Source: Octopus bimaculoides (lineage: Eukaryota). From it: a stretch of DNA of 37,601 nt. The position numbers and the translations under genes are program-made. Below the pieces are notes generated by a model. That model saw only the letters and a list, made by a program, of their open reading frames with translations, was not told where the DNA came from and made no database searches. Location of the stretch: positions 56,274,893 through 56,312,493 of the forward strand of contig NC_068986.1 in the NCBI RefSeq assembly GCF_001194135.2, read 5' to 3'. This document shows, piece by piece, positions 11,823 through 24,700 of the stretch. Every line of letters begins with the position of its first letter. The stretch's first letter is position 1.

Positions 11823-13015
11823 ACTGGTTGGATACATTTAACTGAGTGTACACCACTGCAAGCACTCAAAATATGTCTCAGGGCTGATGATAAGTCGGTA
11901 GCTTGAAACATTGCTTCCAGCTGTAGTACCCCATCAGCTACGCTCTCTTTCGCCTTCTCCCCTCAGTTTGTGATACCCTTGCAAAGGTCATTGCTGCTTC
12001 TCTTCTTCGTCTCATCAAATTGCAAATGAAAATAGAAAAAAAGAAACTTTGTGTATCTAGACTACTTTATCCAATGTATCCTTCTCTTTTTAAGATGAAT
12101 GGGTGTGGTATCAGAGAGACTTAGCTGTTGTTTCTAGAAAGTCTAGTAACAACGCTGAAGTTTCTTCGTTTGCTTGATCTATGGACAGTTGTTGTGGTGG
12201 TGGTGATGGTTTAACCTCTCGGCAATCCAAATCTAAGGCATTGGCGATTTAAGCACACTCAGAGTTAAATTAGAAGCTGTCACAAAGTGCATTGCAAACC
12301 GCGTCCTCAAGCTCTCATTCAGCCGATCGCGGGTGAAAATCTCGGCATCAATCAATATCTTCGTAAACTGAAGTGGAGAAATGTTCAGTGCAAGTGGCGG
12401 CTGAGCATATGTAGCCGTTCCTACGAAATGAACGAAAGATTGCACTAATGGGGTAAACAGCGCCAAAGATAAAGTAGTAATCTTTTGGAAAATCGATTCT
12501 CGGTTTAACGACTGTTCATTTTGCTTACGTCACTAATATCTTTGGGGAGCAATAAACATCACAGGATCGTACAGTTTTCTTCTAAATAGAGATGTAATTT
12601 TAAAGTGTGTGCATTGAAACTATTCATTTTTCTTGTTTCACAGATTTCACAGCTACCAAGGGAAATAACTTCCACTGGCAAATTAGAAATGTTAGCACTT
12701 CTGTTCTGTTGTATGGCATGAATATATTTAATCTTGCATTGATACTAACCAATATTTAGGAAGCGAGTAAACTCGATTTCAGCGTTGAATGATATCTATT
12801 ATTGTGTCAAGAGGAACGGAAAAAGTCAATATTTGCGATATTTGAGCTTAGAATTTAATGACATTGGTTATGTCCGGCACTCTGCCGATTCTAACTTCCA
12901 ACACCTTTTTTGGACAACTGGCTGAAATCCAACAGCGTAGCTCGAACTGAAAACACAAGGAATTGATGTTAACGTTGCAAGGCAATTTACTTTTGATTAG
13001 ATAATACATGTGCCA

Positions 13016-13123
<108 letters not shown>

Positions 13124-13393
13124 TAATCAGATATGGATATTTGACCTTTAATGTGATATTAAGGTTGTGAAATAGTCATTAATGAATAACGTTTGGTGGA
13201 TTGCATGTTATTTTCATAATGACTATACTGATATTGTATTCTTTATCATGCATCTTTATTAACCCGGAATATTTGCATATACATATATACAAGTGTATAA
13301 GAGCAGCATTCAAAAGATATCGAATGGAATAAGCACATGTTTTCACAACATAATTATGCTAAATAGTAATACGAATACAGTTCATAATTATTG

Positions 13394-13606
13394 GTTTTCA
13401 AATTTTGGCACAAGTCTAGCAAACTTGGGGAAAGCGTAAGTGGATTACATCAATTCCAGTACTCAACTGGTACTTATTTTGTCGACATCGAAAGCATAAA
13501 AGGCAAAGTCGACCACGGTGGAATCTGAACTCAGAACGTAAAGACGGATGAAATGCCGCCAAGCATTTTGCCCAGCGTGCTAATGATTCTGTCAGCTCGC
13601 CGCCTT
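13394..13606 (-). mobile_element. tRNA-derived SINE with a Nin/Deu-like core, flanked by a 19-bp TSD
   Basis: Minus strand shows an A-box-like head, the B-box-like GAGTTCAGATTCC, and the core GTCGACTTTGCCTTTTAT...GTCGACAAAATAAGTACC. Flanking direct repeat ATACAGTTCAT(A/G)ATTATTG lies at 13375-13393 and 13607-13625. Confidence 0.8.
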
Positions 13607-14789
13607 ATACAGTTCATGATTATTGAAAAGAAATGAATTTGATAGAATGAGAATGCCTTATAATAGAATCGACTGGCATAGCTTCGAGCAGCACCTCGGG
13701 TAAGTAAACGTAGTAGAGGGTGAGAGGCAACATCACTGCGTTTAATCTAGATGGCTCTACTTGAGGTTCAATTGACCAACTTTTTATAACGCCAGTCGAT
13801 CAAGAAATTTGACGGGAAGGGTCCAGCTCATTTGGTTACACCAGTCGATCTGACTGGCCGAGTTATGTTTGCTTAGGTGTTTATGTCTCATTTAGAAACT
13901 TATATTGTGGTTCTAAGCTAGAATTCTGAGCTAGGTGGTTTCGAATTTTGGCTGAAGCTTCGTTACAGACCCATAACTGGGACGGAACTAGTACTTACAC
14001 TTAATAACTCAGGACATAAAGCTAGGATCCACTATGCATTTTGTTCACTAACACTTCTATCCATTTTTACTGTATATGTGTTTGTATATTCGCTCTTTAT
14101 AGTACATTTATGAAACATTTATTCGTATTTTTATACGTACATTTATGACACTGTCCTGTGTATAATAGCATATATGTGTGCATTTGTATATGTACGTCTT
14201 AGTTCACACCCACGCACACATGCGGACACACTCATGCGTGCACAGATGTATGTACAAGGCTAGTTTGTCGAACGACCACCTAAATAGAGCTGCTGTTTTA
14301 CATTTTTAAAACGGCCATCCCAAGGCGCAACAGAACCAAAATGTATCAACCTCTTTAAAACTAAGGAGTATTAGTGAAACATTCCAGTAGACCTGATGTT
14401 ATTTTATGAAACAGGAAATAAAAATCATGCATAAAATCAGCTGTATTGATCATTGCCCTTCCTTTGGACAATATCAATGGCTCGGTGAATGAGACTTATT
14501 GCATAGGCAAATGTTGGTCTCCTATACTGACCCTGTTTAGACCTACGCTCTGTGAAGAACACGGAAACCAGTGAAGTATCGGGTATAAGCCTGCACTCCA
14601 ATTGGTGTAGAATTATGCGTCAGTGACAGCTTTCGACGGAAGGAAAGGGCATCGAATCCCATTGAGGAGCTAACAATCGCATCAAGCTGACAAAACTACA
14701 CCCAATTAAATGCTACAACCTGCCTGCATCATTGCGTGCGAGGGGCTTAGAAATACAAATAACCTGAAGAGTGGATGATATACACTGCA

Positions 14790-15900
14790 CCAGGCATAAC
14801 AAAAAGACAAAAAAAGAAGCCAGCACACAACCTAGGATGCCAGAATATACAGGCAATGATCACTGTATTGTCAGATAATCACTGAAAGATTAGTGACACA
14901 CGAAACACTGCAATAATTAACAACGACCTTCTAAAATTTGAAGTGGACTTTGCAAGACTACAAGAAACATGTGTTGCAGAATTAGCTACTTTATACGAGA
15001 GATACTAAACCTTTTTCTGGCAAGGAAAGGACTTAGACAAGATCAAAGAGCATGGTGTTGGCTTTGTTGTGAGAAACTCGCTGCTAAGGATAGTGAAGTT
15101 CAGAGAGAATGAAACCGAGCGGATTTTCTCACCGCCAACTCCATACACCCAAAGGGTTTGTCAGCCTTATCGGTGACTGCCCCGACTCACCTCTACACAA
15201 GATAAAAAAGATCAGATTCTATTACCAACTCTTAAGAAGACCCAAAATCAGGAAAGACTACCGCTGCTTGGCGACTTCAACATCAGTGTGGGTACCGACC
15301 ATGTATCTTGGCCGTGCACGGGACTGGCAGTATAAATGACAGCGGGCAACGATTGATTGAGTTTCGCATACTCTATGGACTGTTTTCGAGATATCCCCCG
15401 CTTCAATTAGAGGCGTCAACAAGAGCCATTTTGAAGAATGTGTCAATGACTCGAACCTTCCGGAATGCAGTTTGTGACATGGATGACTCTTGGTTTTCAG
15501 CAAAATCAGACTGAGGTCAAAGAAGATGCATTATATGAAACCACCTTGCAAGCAGCGCATTGATGTCATGTCACAACCCTCAGATAAGGCAAAGAGTTCA
15601 TCAGGTTTCTGGACGATGCCTTCCCTGCTCTCTCCTAGATGTAGAAGCACAGATGAGATGGGATTCTATCATGGACTCCATCCACAGTGCTACACTGAAG
15701 AATGTAGCAAGAAATGGTACAAGACGTTGGATTGATTTGAAAAATTCGGACAAGCTCACCGCTGTCATTGTGACGAAGCGTGCTGCGCTACTCAAACATT
15801 AACATCACCCTACATTGGCAACCTTGCAAGCATTAAAAACAGCAAGATGCATGTCCCAAGTCAGACGGTGTGCAAATGACTACAGGTTACAGTTGTGAAA
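14790..15900 (+). mobile_element. Decayed RTE-clade LINE, 5' part with AP endonuclease
   Basis: Translates with stops as INNDLLKFEVDFARLQET...TFFWQGKDLDKIKEHGVGFVVRNSL and LLGDFNISVG, which are RTE endonuclease motifs (QET, HGVGF, GDFN). Confidence 0.85.
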
Positions 15901-16207
15901 AGCTATTCAATCATCATTTGACACGGGGAAAATCAGTGGAATATAAGAAAAGATATAAAAGGCTAGCGCAGCATCAAAGACAAAAGCAAGCAGACAGAAA
16001 GATTAGTGAAAGCATTACTCCAAACTTTTTGTCAGTGACGGAGGAACTAGATACACTACATACAGGAACTGGTTAAATGAGAATACGTGTAAGGGTTATT
16101 CCATTCAATATTGCAAATCAAAGAACAGGGAAAATTCGACATCTCTGTCATTTTATCTGGTAACTATATGGGTTCAAAAAAAGAGAGTGGGGGAGAGTGT
16201 GTGTGTA

Positions 16208-16420
16208 CGAGGTGGTATCAAAAAGTTCCCGGAATATTTTTGTAGCGCACCAACAGATTGCAGCACACGGTTGCGTGCGCAGTAAGAGTTAGCAGTGACC
16301 TTCATGAGGTAGTGTGCCGAGTGATATCGCTGTGTTTACTTTGAAAGTTGTGAAATTTTATGTTTTTGTGATCATGTGTATGCTGTTGTCTGCGATTTTG
16401 TCATGGACAGGAATTAAGAA
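16208..16420 (+). mobile_element. 5' stub of a mariner-type DNA transposon
   Basis: TA|CGAGGTGGTATCAAAAAGTTCCCGG resembles mariner TIRs (TACGAGG...CAAAAAGT), followed by a truncated ATG GAC AGG start. No matching right TIR was found. Confidence 0.5.
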
Positions 16421-17065
16421 TGTGTGTGTGTGTTTGTCTTTATTCCCCACCACCGCTTGACAACTAGTGTTGGTTTGTTTGTGTTTCCAAGCTTAAAAAC
16501 AAAATATTGGGGTTGATCTGAAACAAGTAAAAGCTAAGAGATAGGTTTGTTCGATCATGGTTAACCTGGAGTTAAGCAACAATAGTACTTAATGAGTTTA
16601 TATCAAAATCATGACTTGTGAAATAAATTAAGAAAAAAGAAAACTCGCAGATGCTTTATGTGTGAAAAAACAAATATGAAAAATTACCACCTAATCTAGC
16701 AAGCCAATTTTAATTAATAAAAATTACACCTAAAAGCCAATTTCAATTTATAAAAATTACACCTGTAAATTTATAAACCGCGTAAACAAAAGGAGATAAC
16801 TTTAATAAGATCTGTGGCAAGACTTCCTTTTGTACCCCCGCCCAAAAACACCTCCCTTTAAAAAAAAATTTATTTTTCTACACATACCCCCCATTTTCGG
16901 CTACGGAGAATACGAATCTGTAAAAAAATTGGCAAAAATCGACATTTTGACATTACTCCACTCCTTATTTCTTCATTTTTAACTTTTTTCAGAATTTTTT
17001 TTTCAAAACATGCGGAAAAATACGGAGATTATGATTCTGAAAAAAAATTTCCAAAATTTTTCTAC

Positions 17066-17140
17066 TTAGGGTTAGGGTTAGAGTTTTAGGGTTATGGTTA
17101 GGGTTTTAGGGTTAAGGTTTTAGGGTTAGGGTTAGGGTTA
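17066..17140 (+). repeat. Degenerate telomere-type (TTAGGG/TTTTAGGG)n tract running into an assembly gap
   Basis: About 11 visible TTAGGG-like units with variants, followed by N from 17144 to 17367. Confidence 0.9.
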
Positions 17141-17473
17141 CGGNNNNNNNNNNNNNNNNNNNNNNNNNNNNNNNNNNNNNNNNNNNNNNNNNNNNNNNNN
17201 NNNNNNNNNNNNNNNNNNNNNNNNNNNNNNNNNNNNNNNNNNNNNNNNNNNNNNNNNNNNNNNNNNNNNNNNNNNNNNNNNNNNNNNNNNNNNNNNNNNN
17301 NNNNNNNNNNNNNNNNNNNNNNNNNNNNNNNNNNNNNNNNNNNNNNNNNNNNNNNNNNNNNNNNNNNTATCCAGATCTGTTGAAAATAAACACGATGTTA
17401 ATTAGCTTGGAGCAGGTCTTTGAAACTAACTGTCGAAAGCAACAAATACGTTTCAAACTCATTAGATTTATTG

Positions 17474-17810
17474 GCGATTTTTCGGAGATGATATATCAAA
17501 ACTGAAACTATTTGTTAAGCAATTTCCGTAGAAATTTTTTTATTTCTTTAATTTTATTTTTGCAGCTGAATTGCTAATTTTTATGTATTTTTGTGTATGT
17601 ATGTATTTATGTGAGTGTATACATGTATATCTGTGTATGTAAGTATATGTATGTTTTAATGTGCATGTATGTATATTTGTGTATGTACAAATACATACAC
17701 AAAAAATAAATAGGCGAATCAGTTGAAAAAAAGTATAAAAAATAAACATTCTTTACGGAAATTGCCGAACAAATGATTTCGGTTTTGGTATGATATCTCC
17801 GAAAAATTGC
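17474..17810. mobile_element. Fold-back / MITE-like element with ~57-bp inverted arms
   Basis: 17474-17530 (GCGATTTTTCGGAGATG...GCAATTTCCGTA) pairs with ~17753-17810 (TACGGAAATTGC...CATCTCCGAAAAATTGC-like) at roughly 80% by eye. The spacer is TG/TA-rich. Confidence 0.7.
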
Positions 17811-18170
17811 TTATTTCTTAAAAAACGATATTATAGTCGTTGATAAGACTGAGTGATAAGTAAATGCTGAAATAGAGGAAATGTAGTGACGGTGATTATG
17901 AATGTCAACAACATGGCTATTCTTACCCAACGATGTTTACTAACAACATCCGTGTCCTGCAACACGGAAAATTTGTTACCAATATATAGACAATGTTAAT
18001 GTCATCCATACAACTTAAATTCTTCGGACAGTCAACTCCTTTTATGCATTTATTAGCTAAACTGTTTCAGGTAGTCCAGATTCCGATAGTTAAGTACGAT
18101 ATATTTAAACAAAATAACGTTGTTGTTGTTCTGTTGTGTCTGGGGAGAGTCATTTTCTTGTCGTGCCTTA

Positions 18171-18552
18171 TTGTTGTTGTTGTTGGCACTCCGTCGCTTA
18201 CGACGTCGAGAGTTCCAGTTGATCCGATCAACGGAACAGCCTGCTCGTGAAATTAACGTGCCAGCGGCTGAGCACTCCACAGACACGTGTACCCTTAACG
18301 TAGTTCTCGGGGATGTTCAGCGTGACAAGGCTGGCCCTTTGAAATACAGGTACAACAGAAACAGGAAAAAAGAGTGAGAGAAAGTTGTGGTGGAAGAGTA
18401 CAGCAGGGTTCGCCACCATCCCCTGCCGGAGCCTCGTGGAGCTTTAGGTGTTTTCGTTCAATAAACACTCACAACGCTCAGTATGGGAATTGAAACCGCG
18501 ATCCTATGACCGCGAGTCCGCTGCCCTAACCACTGGGCCATTGCGCCTCCAC
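18171..18552 (-). mobile_element. Full-length tRNA-derived SINE with (AAC)n tail
   Basis: Minus strand starts GTGGAGGCGCAATGGCCCAGTGGTTAGGG (A box) ... GGTTTCAATTCCC (B box), continues through a ~300-nt body, and ends GGAGTGCCAACAACAACAAC. CpGs are well preserved. Confidence 0.85.
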
Positions 18553-20676
18553 AAACAAATAACGAATCACCTTAGAAAGAGCTGTCACATCAACCTTGAA
18601 TCACACCGAACTGTCTTAAAAGAAGGAAGGATACATGATATGATGTGCTAGATATACTGTATCTGAAGAATATACGAAATAGTCACGTCTGGAAAGTTTT
18701 GGATCACAGGCTTGCACTATCAGATCGAGAGCAAAACAACAACAATCTTAGTTGGTTAAAGTACCACTCGATTAAATCGCAATCAAACTATGTTGTAACT
18801 TCACCCTGAAATTACTGATGTCCTTGTGAAAAAGCTTGAATACCACTCAATCACATCTCCGTAAAACCTGAAGTCTTCTTCTAGCAGAATACTCAACAGC
18901 AACGCAGTTTACAGTCTCGGTTAAGTTCTCGCGTGACTTTTCCTCGGTTCTGATTGGCTATTATCAAATGTGTGGCGAGTTTGAAAACTTAAACATTTAT
19001 TTGTCCCTCTCATCACAAGTTACTGGACTCTAATTTACCTGTGTGTACATAGACTATCCATCACTGCAGGTAAACCACTACATATTTTTAATGCTGCTTC
19101 ACTTACTATAACACTGTCTGGTTTATAAATGAACTCACTCCTTGTTTTGCATACTTTTGTTGCTTATATTACATCTTAACAAACATTTTTCGATCCATCT
19201 CTGTTAATTGCCAACAGGTACTTTATAGAACATTCGTTATGCAACATAAATATATCTACAATGTAATATTGTTATATCATTATTACTCTCTCTATTTTAA
19301 TTGTGAAATCTAACGCATGTTATTTACGATGCTTGGAAAAATATTTTTTCTACGTGTTTGTTCTTTTTTCATTCCATCATTTGTATTTGATTTTTTCGTT
19401 ACATTTTATAACCCCCGATTTTTTTCTTACATTCAGCAAGACAAGTCGGTTTACATTTTACAGCTTTAAGCTTGTAAATGAAAAAATTAAGATTTATGAA
19501 AATGGATGAATATCTAGTACAATTTTTATTTTATTTCTTTCCTTTACAACAATTCAGAACTGCCTACATCTATTGATCATTTTTACATCACGTTTCATCT
19601 GAATAAAAACAGTTTTTACTTTATGTTTTATTTTGAAATAATATCATTTAATGTGATGGAGATAAATATTTTGATCAGTGAGTCTAGTGTGGGAATATTT
19701 GTCAGTAACGTCAACTTGGCGGTTACGTTGTTTAAAACTAGTTTTCTGTTAGTCTTTATTATACATTTAGATATTCGACCCCAATCAAATTACCCACCCA
19801 AAAGTGCGCTCTCAAAACCTATTTTTTTAATTCTAAGAGAATTTGTTTTTTCACTTTCTCTACCTTCCTCTCTTTTTCTTTATTTCCAGGCTGTGACTGA
19901 CCTTTGAAATATATATATACTCCTTTTCAAACAATATATCTTCTATCCAAATAACCTATATAGTGTAGAATTATCATATACTTGCTGTCTTGTAACTAAC
20001 GGTTGTTGGGTATGAATAGTCAACAACAGCTGTACCGCCTTGAAAATTCAAAACTCCGATAGAAATAGTAACTAGTGTAAATCCACCTTTTTTTATGCCC
20101 GTTTATAATTATATTTTTAAAAACGTTTTCCACGACACTTCAGGGAAATGTCTCTCGAGATTCTAAGACCAAACTGAATACATTGTAGATTGCCTTGGTG
20201 CCAAGTTGGGAAGGTATTCTTGATTTACAATTAAACAAATTTACTTAATACTACTTTACCATTGAAAAAGGAATAATCACTTGGAATAACTATCACTACT
20301 ACATCATGGAGAAGGTAAAATAGATTGAATAAAGGGGCAAAAATATAGAAAACTTTAATTTTTGGAAAGTATTCTTTTAGAATCGTAATTTTCGTTGTGT
20401 GAAACAGGAATATTGAAAAAGAAAAAAACACACACAAAATAACACCCAACTCTTTTCCTTCCTGATGAGGTAGTGATATCTATTTCGAAGGTCCGCCCAT
20501 CATTCAACTTCAGTCACCTATAAACGTTTTTATTTTTTTCGTGTGGTTTAAGCTTAAACCATACACGAACGAAACCAAATACTGCGGCAATGCTTGATAT
20601 TTTCGTTTGAAGATCGAATTCCGAAGAATCGGATTATGCTCTTCGACGTCCAATATCGATGCATTTAATTTCTACC

Positions 20677-20728
20677 GTATCATGACCAATAGCAATCAAT
20701 GCAGGCCCATTGTTATTGGTCATGATAC
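20677..20728. other. Near-perfect 20-bp hairpin with 12-nt loop (pre-miRNA-like, or minimal MITE)
   Basis: GTATCATGACCAATAGCAAT-caatgcaggccc-ATTGTTATTGGTCATGATAC: 19 Watson-Crick pairs plus one G.U on the + strand. Confidence 0.8.
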
Positions 20729-20769
20729 AGTGTTGTTTGCAAGAATGGAAATGACTTATAGCCGGCATG

Positions 20770-20926
20770 CAGAGCTGTCTTAGCTTTATCGACCCTTCAC
20801 TCAGATAAAAACAATGTACTGGGACCTCCTACATATACGACCCCATCATAAATTTGCATTGGGCCCCATGACACGTGGGTGTTTCCGGGCAACTGTCCAG
20901 TGTATCCATTCCTTATGACAGCACTG
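20770..20926. mobile_element. Small MITE-like element
   Basis: Terminal inverted sequences CAGAGCTGTCTTA / TTATGACAGCACTG (reverse complement CAGTGCTGTCATAA). Confidence 0.5.
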
Positions 20927-23289
20927 TCCGCATGCTCCCTGAACTAGTAATGTGCCAAAACAATTCGACTACTATGTTTTCAGCCGCACAATCAAATTTG
21001 GAAATTCCTGTATCAAGCCGAAATAATGTCCTCAACTGCTAATTGTATATCTCTCCCAAGACCGCGAAACCGTTTCGATTCTATTAAAAAAGAAAAAAAA
21101 AACATACACACACCAAAAGGAAACGAACTTTACGCAGCCTCATTTCTTTATAAAAGAATATTTTTGACTAATGCAGTAAATCAATGTTCTGGTCGCCTTT
21201 AGATCTCACCAGTCCTAGTCAAGACTAAGTATATTTTCGAATTAAATAACTCAGAAAAACAGCATAGATAATAATATTTAAGCATTATTGAATTCTTTCC
21301 TTGATTCAATTAGAAATTAAAACAGGATCATGATATTTTATAGTACCAAATGCCCCTCAAACAATCTCACTGGAGTCTTTAAAAATCCGCTGGAAATAGT
21401 GACCAAATGTCACCCTTCCTTCTTAAAAACAAAATTTATTGGATATATACATTGTCTAGAATGCCTATACTCATAAGGTTGCTTGACCAAGGCCAACTTA
21501 TGAGAAGGGGGTACCCTCAGCAAAATTACAAAGAAATAAATGTTGTAGTGTTGTCCTGAAAACATGCAACTTCAGGGTCAATCTGGCAGTCCAAATATTG
21601 ATAATCATGTGGTCAGTGACAGAAGAGACTTTTTACATTTATTCATTTGTTTAGTCTCACTACATTTACTACTGAGTGAATTATTTCTTACATTAGGAAC
21701 CACTGCTTCTCTACTATGTTGTGGATTCTTCTGAATGTTTGAAGTTTCTGTAATAAGTTTCCTTCAGGATCAGGTGATTAGCACAATGCCCAACCTCCAA
21801 GATCTGAAGGCAGGATGTGTGTTCTGAGGGTTTCCTCCCTTTAGATAATTGTAGTGCTGCCCATGCTCAAGAGCTCTATCTGCTTGGGAATCAAAATCAG
21901 AGTTTCCTTCTGGGGGATTTTTTGGCTCACTGGCCCAACTGCTCTAGTCTGTGACTCCTCTCAGAAGATATGCTGCATTAGTCACAACTGAGGTTGTGTA
22001 TCCCTGTCCTGCGTCTTAAGGAAACATATACATTCACTTTGGTGTGGTGTGACTATGAAGTTCACCCCAGCTTAGGAGCACATTAAATACCCCAACTGGG
22101 AGCTCTTAGCAGGGTATTCTAGTATATTACCAGTACTTAATTTAACCTTCCTTCGAGGAAAGGCATTGCCCATGACTAGGACACAAGCATTGATTCAGCT
22201 TGAATGTTTATAGCTCAATGTTTGTCGATTAAAGACCGACATTTTGGGAATTGAATTTCTGCTCAGACAAAAGGACCTGATCCAAAAATTATAGTCTTCT
22301 CCTGGCTCACTAAGCTTTATCTCTTTTGTTTAAATTTTTCATACAATTTATATTACCACATTCATTTGTCGACAAATTCAAGTGACTCTCCTTGAAAGGA
22401 AATAATTCTTTTTTTCTTAAGCTTGATATTTAGCTCAGGGTCAACCTTCGTTGAAGATATTCTACATCAAAACGTTCCAGTTATGCCCATTTTATCTAAA
22501 TACCTTGGAGTTATCCACTGTGTCGTCCTCATCATTTACCATTCATTTTCCATGCTGGCATGAGTTGGACTCTTTGACAGGAGCTGGCAAGCTGGAGAAC
22601 AACACCAACTTCATTGTCTACTTTGGAATGGTTTCTGTGGTTGGATGCCCTTTTTAATGCCAACCACTTTATAGAGTGTATTGGGTGCTTTTTATGGGGC
22701 ACCAGTACTGGTGCTTTTTACATGGCACTACCACCAGTGGGGTTACTAAGTAACTTGCAAGATGAAAACTCTCAGCTGGGAGAGGGACTGGAACTGAGGG
22801 AAATGGTGTTGTGCCAGGTGAGAGGTCAGAGTATAATGGAGAGATAGAGAACAGTGTTTTACTATAGAGGAGATACTTGGCTACTTTGGTAGGAAGGGAA
22901 GAAAAGACAGAGAGAGAGAAATAGATGGTGTTGGAGATGCATCAGGATTTATCTTCAAGGAACAGTGTGTGTGGGGATGCAGAGGGGATGGGGAAATGTT
23001 TCATAAGAGTGTAGATGTTTAGAGAAGGGGAAGAGGTGACTGTAGCAAGTGATGATGATAGAAATTAGAGTGACTGGGAGGGAAGTATGGTAGATATAGA
23101 ATGTGCAGATAGGCTATGAGGGAGAAAGGAGGAGCCTGCAGTGACTAGTGATCAAGAGTTGTGGGGATGTTTTGATAGAAGACAGGTTATGTGTATGTGG
23201 GATGTGGGGGGGGGGGGCATGGCCAAAGACAGGCCTGTATGTAAGGATGGCAACAGTTTTACTTAACTTGACGTGTCTTCTCAAGCACA

Positions 23290-24700
23290 GTAAATCACCA
23301 AAAGTCTCGATTCCTTTTTATTTCCTCTGCTAGGTTCAATATTCAAGGATCATTTCTTACCACTTCATCCCACATCTTGGTTTTACCTCTTCCACAGGTT
23401 CCCACCACAATTAGAGATTGGCTCTTTATACAGCTGTCCTCATCCATGTGCATCACATGACCAGGCTAGTGCAGTCTTTTCTCTCTTGCACACTACATCT
23501 GATGACTTTATACTCAATTTTTCTCTCAAATTACTTACATTCTGTCCTACAAGCACACTGTCATTGTGCATCCAGTGGAGCATGCTGGCTTCATTTCTTT
23601 CAAGCCTTCACATGTACTTTGCAGTCACATCCCATCTTTCATTGTTCACACACTTCCTTTCACTTTGGAGTGGTCTTTGTTACCAAAGCTCGTCCTTATT
23701 CTAGCAACTATGTTTTCATTGCATCTTCTTCCACTACTGACTTGGTTGCCTAAGTAATGGAAGCTATCTACTACTTCTAACAATCCCCCCATACATTTGA
23801 AGAAGCCTATTTCCTGTACATTTTTAAAGTTTATTGTACCTGCACATCTACCACACACAACACTAACTTTCTCTGTTAACCTTTCTATGCTACTGCCACA
23901 CCCCTTATGTGTTCATAACATACACTGTATGGAATTTCTACTACACCTCTATATATCAAGCAGGGCTGTCTCCCTGAAAAGATAAGTGATTTGTCTGGAT
24001 GTTTTACTAGGACTTGGGTCTTGCAAAATTAACTCTGAAGCCCTTTGATTTAAGACCTTACTTTCACACATGAAATTTAATTCTTGTATAGATTCATCTA
24101 TAAGAACAAGGTCATCAGTGTAGAGGAGCTCCCAAGGGTAACTAGTCTAAAAATTCCTCTGTTCTGACCTGGAGGACTATAATAAACTAGAGGGAGCTGA
24201 GAACCATTCTTTGGTGAACTCTTACCTGTATACTAAATTTGTTGCTACACTCATTGCTGACTTTCACCTAACTGACAGCATCCATATACATGGCTTGTAC
24301 AGCTCTCATCAACCACTAACCTATCACTAACTTCTGCATTGACCACTAGATAAGGGAGCGAGTGATCCTGACAAATGCTTTATCCATGTTGACAAAAGCT
24401 AAACACAAAGGTTTATTTTTTGCTAAATGCTTCTGGTGAAATTGCATTACTTGGAAGATAGCCTCAGTTGTAGTACAAAACCAAACTGCATCTCATTTAG
24501 GTTAGCTCTTTTCCTGATTAGTTAAGTTATGACCCTTTCTGTAACTTCCATGTCCTGCTCCAGCAATTTGATTTTTCTGCAATTATTTCTGTATCATGTT
24601 TACCTTTGTAGCAATTGATTATTATGGTGCTACACCAGCTGTCTTTCCTATTTTTAAGTCAGTAGGGTGCAATAAGAGGGAGATTTGATTGCTGTTTCTT
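23290..24700 (-). mobile_element. Decayed RTE-clade LINE reverse transcriptase region
   Basis: Minus-strand fragments include LAFVNMDKAF (~24400), PWELLYTDDL (24111-24140, degenerate YADD) and LEVVDSFHYLGNQVSSG...VARIR (ORF 23646-23858). Many stops and deletions. Confidence 0.85.

Noticed and set aside
12233-12466. 77-aa minus-strand ORF in CpG-rich sequence
   Set aside because: No recognisable motif, splice context or family resemblance in any frame, so it cannot be supported.
13660-13860. Recurring TCGACTGG/CCAGTCGA motifs and a 6-bp hairpin (CCAGTC-GATCT-GACTGG)
   Set aside because: Too short and too few to distinguish from chance or from a decayed repeat.
18480-18552. tRNA-like A/B-box sequence with an apparent TCG anticodon
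   Set aside because: It is the head of a SINE, continuing into a SINE body and (AAC)n tail without a proper acceptor stem. The same applies to the other SINE heads. No true tRNA gene was found.
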